DNA of 63,661 nt, filler included, from Kipferlia bialata (lineage: Eukaryota), in the NCBI GenBank assembly GCA_003568945.1. It is 3 parts of 3 records of this genome, joined end to end, with 100 filler letters (N's around TTAATTAATTAA, not from the genome) between each part and the next. Parts side by side here need not be neighbours in the genome. Positions count along the whole stretch, not along the records: positions 25,033 to 49,790 come from BDIP01000219.1; 2 more parts are not named here. The stretch is one strand, 5' to 3'. The notes under the pieces are model-generated. The model was not told the origin of the DNA, made no database searches, and worked only from the letters and a program-made list of their open reading frames with translations. A program made the position numbers and the translations under genes. Position 1 is the stretch's first letter. Every line of letters begins with the position of its first letter. Of the stretch, positions 29,191-41,391 are shown one piece after another.

Positions 29191-29225
<35 letters not shown>

Positions 29226-29437
29226 GAATCGACCCAGGTGAGGCAGCAGTGCCTAGTGTCTAAAGGGTGTAGAGGGAGAGAGAACAATACCTGCTGCACA
29301 CTGACAGGTACCGGTTGTATATATTTATATACATTGGAAATTTGGACAGATAGAGGGGGAGAGAGAGAGAGAGGGGTACCTAGGCACCGTAGCTCTGACT
29401 CTGGTACATATACCATATACTATACTAAATAGTATAT

Positions 29438-29492
<55 letters not shown>

Positions 29493-29501
29493 CATACATA
29501 C

Positions 29502-29532
<31 letters not shown>

Positions 29533-30976
29533 TATAGACATATACCTAGGCACTGTGGCACTGACTCTGGTTGGGAATATATACCATATATATACATATC
29601 AGAGTGAGAGATACACATGGGTACATACATACATACATACATACATACCTATATACATAGTATTATAATATACATTTATACAATATATATACATATATAT
29701 ACCTAGGCACTGTGGCACTGACCCTGGTTGGGTATATACATATAATATACTATATGGTATATGAATACATATATATACATATCAGAGTGAGAGAGATAGA
29801 AATAAGAGTGTAGGAAGAGAGAGAGAGAGAGAGAGAGGTACCTAGGCACTGTGGCACTGACTCTGGTTGGGTCATCTGGCATGACATGCTGCATGGCATC
29901 GGGGACCTTGGTATTAAGGGTGCAGAAGGAGAGAATAAAGGGTGTAGAGGGAGAGAGATGCATGACACGCTGCTGCATCGGGGACCTGTATTAACTTAAT
30001 ACTATTAAGTGTGTAGAGGGAGAGAGTAAAGGGTGTAGAGGGGGAGAGAGAGGCATGACATGCTGCATGGCATCGGGGACCTGCATATTAGGGGTGTAGA
30101 GGGAGAGAATAAAGGGTGTAGAGGAAGAGAGAGAGGCATGACATGCTGCATGGCATCGGGGACCTTGATATTTAGGGTGTAGAGGGGGAGAGATGTGTAG
30201 ATATGTATACACACAGTGTGTATGTCCTTTCCGGTGCCTTGTACTGGGTATATACATATACACACATATACATTAATATATTCATAGAAAAATACAGTAG
30301 CTAACTTCCCTCTCTCTCTATATATATATGTGTATGGGATGGATGTATACACACCTGAGTGTATGTCATCCCCAGTGCCTTGTACTGGGCTGGGTATATA
30401 CATGTACAATGCATATATATTTATATATATATGTATATACATTCGTGTATAATATTGTATCCAATGCATTAATATATATATGTAAATTGTATATATATAT
30501 ACCTGTGTGTATGTCCTTCCGAGTGCCTTGTACTGGGCTGGGTTGTGCCACTCGGAGTAGGGCCTGGAGGGTAAGTACATATATAGAGTATACACTATAT
30601 ATATACATACAAAACATATAATAATAATATATATACGTGTGCTGGGTTGTGCCACTCGGAGTAGGGTCTGGAAGGTAAGAGTGAATGCAGTCATATAAAT
30701 GAATACATACTTGTATACATGCCTTTGTAGGTCTGGAAGGTCAGAGGAAATACAAAAACTATAGGAGACATGTAAAACACACACATATATTCATATCAAT
30801 ACTCTCTCTCAATATATATTCACATTCGCAGAGTTATATGTGTATGAGCTTGTACCTTGCCTCAACCTCCGGGGCACGCCTCTCTCTCTCTCTCTCTCTC
30901 TCTATAAATATAGATAGGTATATAAATAGTTAGGTCTATGTGTATGCCACTGTACCTAGCCTCGACCTCCAGGGCA

Positions 30977-31014
<38 letters not shown>

Positions 31015-31148
31015 GATATTTATATATATATATATATATAGTATTGTATTCATTAGTATACCTAGCCTCGACCTCCAGGGCACGTCTGCGCTCATCGGCC
31101 TCGGCCTGACATAAGGCAAAAACAATAAGGGTCTAGATATATACACAC

Positions 31149-31183
<35 letters not shown>

Positions 31184-31599
31184 AAGAAAGAACACACTGC
31201 GCTCATCGGCCTCGGCCTGGGGGTTAGAGATACCAATAGCACTTAATAATAATAATAATGATAATTAATATCTATATTGTAGCATATACAAATATTGGGA
31301 AGGTATGCGCTCATCGGCCTCGGCCTGGGGGGTTAGATAGACATACACAGATAGTTAGATAGACATATATATAGTTAGATAGACATATATATAGTTAGAT
31401 AGACATATATAAGGTTATATATAGTTAGATGGAGAGAGAGAGAGAGAGAGAGAGAGCTCACCGGCTTCGGCCTGGGGGTTAGAGATATAGGCACCACACA
31501 TACATGGTATATATTGAATATATATACACATATACACTGTATATATACACTGTATATACCCCCATCGTATTTTCATAGTCCTTGGCCTCCTGTTCAACA

Positions 31600-31631
<32 letters not shown>

Positions 31632-31632
31632 A

Positions 31633-31672
<40 letters not shown>

Positions 31673-31735
31673 TATATATACTGTATATACACCTCCATTC
31701 TCTTGTCATAGTCCTTGGCCTCCTGCTCAACAGCA

Positions 31736-31777
<42 letters not shown>

Positions 31778-32196
31778 CTGTATATATACCTCCATTCTCT
31801 TGTCATAGTCCTTGGCCTCCTGTTCAACAGCAGCCAGCTCCTCAGCAGTGGGGTCCTCGGCTCTCCTAGTCATTAGATTAAGGCAAAGTCATTAGATTTA
31901 GAATTATATCATTAGAATAAGAACATAACAGCAGCCAGCTCCTCAGCAGTGGGATCCTCAGCCCGCCTAGTCATTAGATTAAGGCACAATCATAGAGTAA
32001 GACATATGTCAATATGATGTAATGTATCCTTACGAGTCAATATTATAGATTAGTTTTGCTCTATTCACAGGTCAATATAGATTAGTGATGAAGTCATTAT
32101 ATTAGTACCTCTTGGCCTCTCTGGCCATCTCGGCTGTGTCGAATGGGTTGTATCCACCCTTGACACCAGTGTCCTCCTAGTAATGAGTAAAGGGGC

Positions 32197-32242
<46 letters not shown>

Positions 32243-34872
32243 CCTTGACACCAGTGTCCTCCAATTAATGAGAAAAGGGGCTAGAGGGGGAGAGAGAGAA
32301 TGCAAAACACCCATATGCCAATCTCCTTCTCCCTCGCCTTGTCTCTCTCTCTCGAAAACGCCAATTCTCAAATAGATATTTCCATTGCTGTTGATAACGA
32401 TTCAATATATATACATATTTATATATATATACCTTCTCGCCAGTCTCCTTCTCCCTCCGCCTCTTCTTGGCAACCTGACGCCTGGCCTGATTGTGAGATA
32501 TGCACACATCAGATATACATACACATATATACTCACCTGGTTACGCACTCCCTCTGTGAACAGGAACTCTCTCTCTCTCTCTCTCTATCATATAGCATAT
32601 ATATTAATATATATATATATGTATAGTACATACACTATATACTCACCTGATTGCGCACTCCCTCTGTGAACAGCAATACTCTCTCTCTCTCTCTCTCTCC
32701 ATATATATATATATATAATATTAATATATATACAAACATATGTATTTATACCTGGTTGCGCACTCCCTCTGTGAACAGGAACTCTCTCTCTCTCTCCCCC
32801 CCCCCCCTCCCCCCTTCCCTCTCTTTCAATATTCACATATATATAAACAATTGTATATATGTGTATAGTACATATACGAACCTGGTTGCGCACTCCCTCT
32901 GTGAACAGGAACTCTGCCTGTGCGTCCTGAAATAAGGGTGTAGAGAGAGAGAGAGAGACAGACGCACCCATACAACAATACCCATAAATACACACATTAA
33001 TATTCATATTCTCCCATACCTTGACGTGCTTGGCCACCACTGCGTGCTTGGCATGGGTGACAGAGGCAGCATAGCCTGGTATTAAGGGTGTAGAGAGAGA
33101 GAGAGAGAGAGAGTAGGCATGGGTGACAGAGGCAGCATAGCCTGGAAATAAGGGTGTAGAGAGAGAGAGATGGAGAGAGAGTGCACATGGGTGACACAAG
33201 CAGCAACTACACACACACACACACATATATATATCTACAATACTAATTTTACCTGATCAAAGAAGGGATTGAGATATATATACCCTACTTGCCGTCTGCA
33301 TGTTCACAGGGTTGACCTCCTCTATATATATATACAATACTATATAATGTGCATATATAGGTATATAGGTGAATACTATCTCTGACCTGCTGTCTGCATT
33401 TTCAAGGGGTTCACCTCCTCCTGCACCACGGCCAATATACTATCAATATCTATATACTACACTTAACACATACTCGTATTTATATACATATAGTATATAT
33501 CATTTCCCTACCTGCCGTCTGCACATTGAGTGGATTGACCTCCTCCTGCACCACAGCAAGGTGGCATATATATATTATATACTATATACACTATATATAA
33601 TAATACACCATACTCAATACAGCTGATGATAAGGGCCTAGCGAGGGAGAGAGCTATATATTACCTGCCGTCTGCATATTGAGTGGATTGACCTCCTCCTG
33701 CACCACGGCCAGATGGCATATATACTATATACTATTTAATTATTATTTAATTATTATTTAATTTACTATATATACTATATACCTAACACATATATGTATG
33801 TATACATATAGTGTATACATACCTGCTGTCTGCATATTGAGTGGATTGACCTCCTCCTGCACCACAGCCAGATGGCCAACAGGTGCATATATACTATATA
33901 CACTATATATACTACACTATATACATATACACATAGTATCTATATACCTGCTGTCTGCATGTTCAAAGGGTTCACCTCCTCCTGCACCACAGCCAGGTGG
34001 CACAGATACTATATATACTACACTACATACTATATGCATATACAGCTGATGTTAAGGGTCTAGAGAGGGGGAGAGAGAGAATACCTGCTGTCTGCATGTT
34101 CAAGGGGTTCACCTCCTCCTGCACCACAGCCAGGTGGCCAACAGGCACGTTGATGGCGCCACTCGCAATGAGCTTCTCTCTGGTGTTAGAGAGAGAGATA
34201 GAGAGACAGAGAGAGAGAGACAGGTACGTTGATGGCGCCACTCGCAATGAGCTTCTCCCTAGGGTTAGAGGAAGAGAGAGATAGATAGATAGAGAGATAG
34301 AGAGAGAGGCACAGTGATGGCGCCACTCGCAATGAGCTTCTCCCTAGGGTTAGACATATACATACAGGCAAATATATATATAAGGAGAGAGAGAGAGAGA
34401 GAGAATCACAATGAGCTTCTCCCTGTAGTGTTAGAGGAAGAGGCGAGAGAGACTATCTGTTGTATTAGAGAGAACGGAAGCCTATGGGGAAGACCGGGAG
34501 CTTCTCCCCTGTATGAGAGAGACAGGGATAGATTGCGGGAGAAAGAGGAGCATCAATAATAGTTGCGCTTGCAATCAACGGACGGACACAGACGGAGAGA
34601 GAGAGAGAGAGAGAGTACTAGAGGGGGGGGGGGGGGAGGTATATACATTATCTATTCACTACTAGTCTAAGTCAATATGTCAACAGCATACAAATATGTC
34701 ACAACGTGAGATATGACAGAAAACGTCATTGGTGATATGCAGTAGAGACTGCTAGATGCAACAGAGACACCCAACTCACGTACAGGATGCAGTCGAACAC
34801 GGATCTGATGGCTGGATCGTTCCGTCTGATGTTGCCAACCTCCTCGCAGACACGGCATTGGATGCTCCCCAT
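25146..34872 (-). CDS. PRP17: Pre-mRNA-processing factor 17 / CDC40 (WD40 splicing factor), 3'-truncated at the contig end
   Basis: Spliced segments INVPVGHLAVVQEEVNPLNMQTA, AEFLFTEGVRNQ, YSEWHNPAQYKALGRTYTQVP and ATVPRHCCHTWVNAHPKGVSALVWAPKSGHMFVSGGMDGKVKLWD parallel CDC40 (GPENPF; F.FEQQRR; YDYQGRSY; LPKK.IH.W.GHTKGVS). Further WD40 exons: CIRTFHGHTRPITS, WSEDGTRLATAGFDRRVRIWN, HFVTSAEDKQLVMWE. The start codon at 34872 is tentative. Confidence 0.82.
27383..27512 (+). repeat. About 7 copies of an 18-nt minisatellite (TATTAAGGGTGTAGAGGG) in a PRP17 intron
   Basis: Direct repeats visible at 27383-27512; they produce the spurious TLYTLN ORF. Confidence 0.9.
33286..34140 (-). repeat. About 7 tandem copies of an exon 3' end plus donor (EEVNPLNMQTA|GT) in a PRP17 intron
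   Basis: Real donor near 34084; copies end near 33948, 33823, 33664, 33511, 33387 and 33290. Confidence 0.88.
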
Positions 34873-35175
34873 TCTGACACACAAACAGTCCCTGGGGCTA
34901 CCTTTCTCTTGGCTTATTGGGCTTCTGGGTTAGCGACGCAACTACAGGGGCCCAGGTGAGTGGTGATTGGTGGCAGGTTCCTCAATCTGACTCTATGAAT
35001 AGGCACCGATGTGTCACAACAATCTACGCTGATTGGCTCTAATCAATCAATGAGTGTAGACGAATCAGAATAATTGATTTCATATCATATGCCGCCGGAG
35101 TGGCTTTTCGGCTTCCCTTCGGCTACTATGCCGTTGTTGCACCCGATATATACCCAGACAACCTATAGTTCATAG

Positions 35176-37273
35176 ATGGCTCCCAGGTAGTATATTGTGA
35201 CGCTACTCTGTACTATTTAGAAATTCGTATATAGGCACATTTCGAAATCAGAAACAAAAGTGAAGAAGAACTAGGGTTTAGCTGGAGTTGCGGCAACTGT
35301 TGCCTATCGCTCGCTTGTATTTCTTCATCTGTGTCATACAGACCGGTCATCACTATTTCGAGAACACACACTTGTCTGATCCTGCTTGCCTAGGTGGGTG
35401 TGGCCATCAGATATGCCGGTGGCTGCAGATGTGGTGGCTGAGACCGACTATGGGCTGTACCCCTTTGAGAGTGAGGAGCACTATGCCCTGTGGGTGGAGG
35501 AGGAGAGAGAGAGGGAGGGGGAGAACTCATCAGACCCGACTGGAGGTGAGGAGGGCCCGGGTCAGGGCGTGGCCAGTATGACAGAGGAACACATGCGGCG
35601 GCGATACTTCAGGTATAGATAGACTCCTCCCCATTCCTGTCATCTATTAAGAACTCACTCACCACCTAGGCTAATGGTGAACAGTAATCTTGCATACTAC
35701 CCTGACGAGCCTGTGTATCGGTCGGCAGCGGAGGAGGCAGAGGCAGAGACACAGGGAGACGTAGACGGAGAGGGTCAGACCAAAGAGACGTTCCTCACTA
35801 GGTATGAACACATGTGGTCTCTCATTCCTGGCCATGATTCATTCTTACCATCAGGCGACTCTCCCAGTGGCTGGCAACTGCTAGCAAACAGCTCAATGGA
35901 GTAGGTATGGTGTGTCAGTGTCTGGATCTCTGTCTTCAGTCCTCTCCTGACCTCTAGGTGACTTCCTGGCGCCCTACCTCCCAGAGCTGGACATCGCCAC
36001 CTTCTGGCTCAACACAGTCAACGCGCTCATGGCTGTGCTCTCCCTCATAGCCCCTGCAGCATCTAGGTATGTAGTAGTGCAATATGCATGTCTCTCTGCT
36101 CTCTCATTCCAGACCCACCGTCCGGCTGTTCCTGCTCATCAGCTGCCTGACTTGCTTTGCATTCCCCCTGCTGGTGGTGGCTGTGGAAGTGGGTACGGGT
36201 AGTTGTTCTGTAGTTCTAGCCTCTCTCCATATGTATTCTAGTCTCTCTACATTGTAATATCACTTCTATTCAGCACCTCCTTCTGACCCTCCAGGCACCG
36301 CCTCCCTCCCCTCCCAGCTCCCATACCTTCCCTCCTTCCAGTATCTAGTACTGGCACTGGGTATGTGTCGATCCACATCTGCCTCCCTCTATGTATGAAT
36401 ATGAATATACATACAACATTGGCTCCTCTCCCCTCTCTGCCTGGTCCTATCCCTGCCCCACCCCAGTGTTCATCCCCGACGGATACATCACAGTCATAGC
36501 CAGTGTGGGTCTGTCCTCCTGTCTCCAGAGTGTGCTCATACTGCCGGCACTCAGTGCTCGCATACCAGCACTCAGAGAGGTACGCCCATATGTGATCATT
36601 GTATAGGCAGTGTTTATACATTCGACTACACACTGGTAATGGTCCACTACCGGAACTTACACTCCCTGTTTTGCATATACATTGCCCTTACCCTAGGTAC
36701 AACTGGTGCGTGTTCTGTCCAGCAAGAGGGCCCTGCTGATGTACTTCAGTGGCACAGTCATAGCGGCAGTGGAGACACTAGGTACACATACCCATACCCA
36801 CTTCTCTCCATATAACCCCCCCCCCCTCATGTCCAGGTTTGCTCGAGTGCCTGTGCCGGTCTCTGCTGGGTGTACAGTACACAGTCAAGCTGCTGGTCTA
36901 TGTAGCATTCATATGCCTCAGGTACTGGGAACACTGCTTTTGCTTCTACTCCTGGACTCTTCCACTTGAGCATGACTACATACTATAGTATGTACACTCT
37001 TGTTTGTACTCACCCCCAGAATGAGGGACAATGCAGTGCTGCAAGGGTTCATGCACACTCTCAAGGATAAGGTGCGGCATAGTCTAATCATGCAGTCATC
37101 GCCCCCTGCTTCTTCTCCTCCCTCACCCCTAGGTAGAGGCCATCCCACGTGTGGGCCCTGTGTCTGTCAAGATTGGGGAGCTTGTGTCTCACACGGTGTC
37201 ACACTTTGTGACAGGCAGCTACAGTCAGCCAGAGGTTGTGGCAGAGGCAGAGCCACTGTCGGAGCAGGAGTGA
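35176..37273 (+). CDS. Multi-pass membrane protein with an acidic N-terminus, possibly TMEM33/Pom33-like
   Basis: MAPR|WVWPSDMPVAADVVAETDYG... followed by hydrophobic exons (FWLNTVNALMAVLSLIAP; LFLLISCLTCFAFPLLVVAV; LPSFQYLVLAL; LLVYVAFICL|RMRDNAVLQGFMHTLKDK|VE), ending AEPLSEQE*. The gene structure is fairly clear; the family assignment is weak. Confidence 0.55.
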
Positions 37274-37643
37274 GGGGTTGTCAGTGTATTTGTCCCCAGG
37301 CTGAGCTCTGACAATGTGTGAGAGAGATCAGTCCTTTTGGGTATATTGTTTCATAAGAGTGTGTGCGTGTGTGCTGTGTATAGATACATCAGGTTTCATT
37401 TATTGTGGTCTCCTGGCATATTGAGCACATATCCCCTACACCTTCTGTTCAACGAGGGAGACGATGTAGATGAAAATTCACAATCCTGTGTTTCTACCTC
37501 CGATGCATCGGCGTGACAAGCATCAGTATTGAGTATGAGTATTGACTACGGACAGCTGTCTGCTGGGAAATGGGCCATCTCAGTGACAGAAGCCTTAGCA
37601 CTGTCTCTGGTTACTATAATACGGTGGTCTACCCATTCCGTCC

Positions 37644-39569
37644 TCACTCGATGTCGCTGTCTATCGAGTCAGCCTCGGTGTCAAACGTAGACTCATGCAC
37701 CTAAAGGTGAGGAGTGGCACTCTAAACAGAGATATGGTGTGTAGTCAAGTGAGAAGAGACAAGAGAACACTGAAGCGACTGCGACATCCTCCCTGTCCCC
37801 ACCTCGTACTCGTCCTCCTCCAGTTCAGACCCGGAGTCCACAAGGGTCTGGCCAATCTACACGGTCAGGGAGGTGATGGAGAGGGGGTTAGTAGCAGAAA
37901 GAGAGACTGCAAGACCGTACCGGGCTAGCCATGAACTCTGCTGTCATGCCTGGGTTGCCATCGAGCAGTAGGTGGATGAGAGAGGGCATAACCTCCACTC
38001 CGTTGATGGTCTCCCCACCCCTGGGGTCAGGCTATCCGTACTGAAATATTCTGTATATATGTAACCTGTTTGACCATCACCACCCCGTACCCTGTGAATG
38101 AGGCCAGCTCTACCAGGCCCTGCTCACTCAGCTCATTCCTAGACAGGTCTATGCCCACCAGCTCCTGTAGACCCACCAGGTGCTTGCGGATAACCTGGGT
38201 GAGCCCGGGGGTCGCAACACTATGGTGACACAACAATGCAAGTAAACTGTGAACAGTACATATACATATCCTGTACCTCTACAATCCTGTCTGGCAGACC
38301 ACATGATGCCAGGGCCAGCATGGTCATGTTGTCCATGGACCCCACACACTCCAGCACTGTGGGGCCATGGGCCTGGGGGTGGGGGTGGGGGTGGGGAATA
38401 GGGGATAGAGGGAAGATAGTGTGACAGATATTCAAAGTGTTAGGTAGAGGTACAAGGAGTGAGACACACTACACTATGTACCTCTCCGAAGTTGTTCTTG
38501 TTCAGAAGCAGAGTCTCCAGGCCCGTGCTCTGCCTATTGTGAGGGGGAGCGTATGAGAGAAATCAACAAGAGACAGGTGCACTCACCTCAGTGTGGTGAT
38601 GAGAGCATTGACAGACCCTTCGGAGTCGATGCCTGGGGTTGGAGGATATGCATACTGATATACAAAGAGAGATAGAGGGCCGTGCCTGCCTCCGACAGGT
38701 CCAAGAACTCTAGCTGGGACAGAGACACCCACTCAGACAGAGAGGAGAGGGCCTAGGGGTGAGGGGTCTTCATCGTGAAGTGTGAGAGAGTTCCCGGAAT
38801 CAATGTCCGTTTGACTGTCAGTGGTGACAGAGCTACGATCCACCCACCTCCTGTGAAACCAAGTGTCCCCCTCCCAGAGATATGGCTGATAGTACCACAC
38901 CACTCTCCTTCAGGGCATCAAGAACATCACCTGGGGGGAGACAAGAACACTGCAGACTCACCCTACCCTCTGACAACAAGTATGGTGACTCCCCATACCT
39001 GAGATGGGTGCGTTCCCTGTCATGTAGAGCTGGGTGACACAGGGGGGCAGGGCACGGCAGATGGTGCAAAGGGTCTCTGTCGACATCTCGCAGTCACTGT
39101 GGTCAGAGCACGTGGATACATAGAGAGGGGGTTGTAGTGGAAGACTCTGTAGCCCCACCTGATGCCGAGTGTCGTAAGTGCTGTCAAGGTGGGAAGGACT
39201 GCTGCCAGGGCAAGGCCTCCCTCGTCTCCCATGCCGCACCGGCTGAGAGTCAGAGACAGGAGAGAGAGAGAGAGAGAGTATGTCACCCACCCCATCTGCA
39301 GGGACAGCACTGTGCTGGGCATGTGGGCAACCAGGGCTGCGGCACCTGCAGGGGTCAGGGGGTTCTCCTCCACATTCACATCCTCCAGTGTCACCATGGA
39401 GCCTAGGACGCCACCCAGGGCCTAGGGGTGAGGCAGGGCAAGAAGGAAGGGAGAAGAGGAGCTGGGGCATGATAATTATGTGACATATACTGACCTCAGC
39501 TCCCACAGCGCCAATGTTGTTCTCTGGCACAGAGAATATCATAAGGTTGGGCCCAATGCCGTTCTCTGA
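37644..39569 (-). CDS. RI-like leucine-rich-repeat protein with acidic tail (RanGAP-like), 5' end missing
   Basis: LRR exons ENNIGAVGAEAL, VNVEENPLTPAGAAAL, RCGMGDEGGLALAAVL, LLLNKNNFGE, IDLSRNELSEQGL and LLLDGNPG, then the acidic end DSGSELEEDEYE|VHESTFDTEADSIDSDIE*. The LRR call is solid. RanGAP identity is inference, because the catalytic N-terminal part is absent. Confidence 0.7.
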
Positions 39570-39666
39570 CTGTGAGTGATGACAGTGTGTGTTACATAGG
39601 GGGGGGGGGGGGGGGCACCCCCCCCCACCCGCCCCTATGTATATATCTATCTATCTAACCCCCAGG

Positions 39667-41354
39667 TGGCTATGGCTACTCCGTCAATGTGGATGTAGAC
39701 GATGGAGTGGATGACGAGACATACGGCAGGATGTTCAAGCCCATCCTCCAGTCATGCATAGACCACTACAGGTATTATATAGATAGATAGTCTTGCATAC
39801 GTTAATACATGGGTAGTACGTATTTATATATTTGTATATATTTATGTAGAATACATTTGTTGGTATGTTCAAGCCCATCCTCCAGTCATGCATAGACCAC
39901 TACAGGTACGATATATATGGATGTATATATATATATATATATATATAGATGGACAGTCTTCCATCAGTCATGCATAGACCACTACAGGTAAAATATAATA
40001 CAAGTCAATATATACCTCATGCATTTGTGATGCATTTGTGATGCAGCGTAGTGATGTCCTCTCTCTCTCTCTCTCTACACCCTTAATGTGAATCTCACTC
40101 CCAGACCCTCTGCCATTGTGATGCAGTGCGGTGCTGTCGTCTCTCTCTCTCTCTCTCTACACCCTTAGCGTGTATCTCACCCCCAGACCCTCTGCCATTG
40201 TGATGCAGTGTGGTTATGTTCTCTCTCTCTCTCTCTGCTCCCTTTATGAATTCCTCACCCCCAGGCCCTCTGCCATTGTGATGCAGTGTGGTGCTGACTC
40301 TCTCTCTCTCTCTCTCTACACATTTACTATATGTCTCACCCCCAGGCCCTCTGCCATTGTGATGCTGTTCTCTCTCTCTCTCTCTCTCTCTACATATACA
40401 CATTTACTATAGTCTCACCCCCAGACCCTCTGCCATTGTGATGCAGTGTGGTGCTGACTCTCTGGCCAATGACAGGTACGAGGCACTCTCAGATATACTA
40501 TATATATATATGTAAATATATATATATATGCATATATGTGCCGTCAGTGATATACTCCCTGGCCAATGACAGGTACGGGGCATGTTATATCGTAATTCGT
40601 TATTTCAATACTATGTACGTATCATAACGTCACCCGTGATAGTATAATTGCACAGAGATTGAGGTGGAGAATGGTAACTCGATATATTCATACATGTTCT
40701 GTTGTTGTCCTCTTCCATGTTACATATCATTCATATACCTCTATATATACTGATGCCTCTCACCCCAGACTTGGCTCCTTCAACCTGACCCTCAACGGGC
40801 ACGGGGACTGTGTGCAGGTTTGTTACAGATACATCTATTTGTTACTGACATGTATATATGCCAGTGTTCCTCCCCTTTTTCGCCATGTCAGTTTCACCCA
40901 CATACCCCCCCCCCCCTCTCTCTCTCTATGTATATACCTCTCACCCTCTAGACCGTTGCCTCCTATGGCCTCCCCACCCTCTCTCTCCCTCTTTCTCTCT
41001 CTCTATCTGTCTCCCTCTCTCCACCCCCCTCGCCTCTTTTACCCATATAATCACCATACCCTTATCCCGTCTCACCCTCTAGACCGTTGCCTCCTATGGC
41101 CTGCCCACCCTGTTCCTGGGAGGGGGAGGGTACACTCCAAGGTATATATATGTATATACTACCAATAACTAGTGATGACAGTTGTAAATAGCATTGTACT
41201 CACGCCACACTATTGTCATCAGCAAGTCTTTGTCGTGTTACTCTCTCTATATATATCTTTCTCTTTAGATGTATACGTATCTGCACGCATCTTACACCCC
41301 AGGAATGTGTCCAAGTGCTGGACCTACGAGACCGCCCTCCTTGCTGGCACCCAG

Positions 41355-41391
<37 letters not shown>

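Noticed and set aside
31330..31430. Tandem ATAGTTAGATAGACATATAT repeat
   Set aside because: A simple intronic minisatellite with no further structure.
20648..39569. Apparent nuclear-transport gene cluster (Nup50, TMEM33/Pom33-like, RanGAP-like)
   Set aside because: Nup50 is on a different contig, and two of the three assignments are tentative.
1745..40475. Repeat-spacer-like arrays resembling CRISPR
   Set aside because: The repeats are copies of adjacent exon edges, the spacers are microsatellite-rich intron DNA, the context is eukaryotic, and no cas genes are present.
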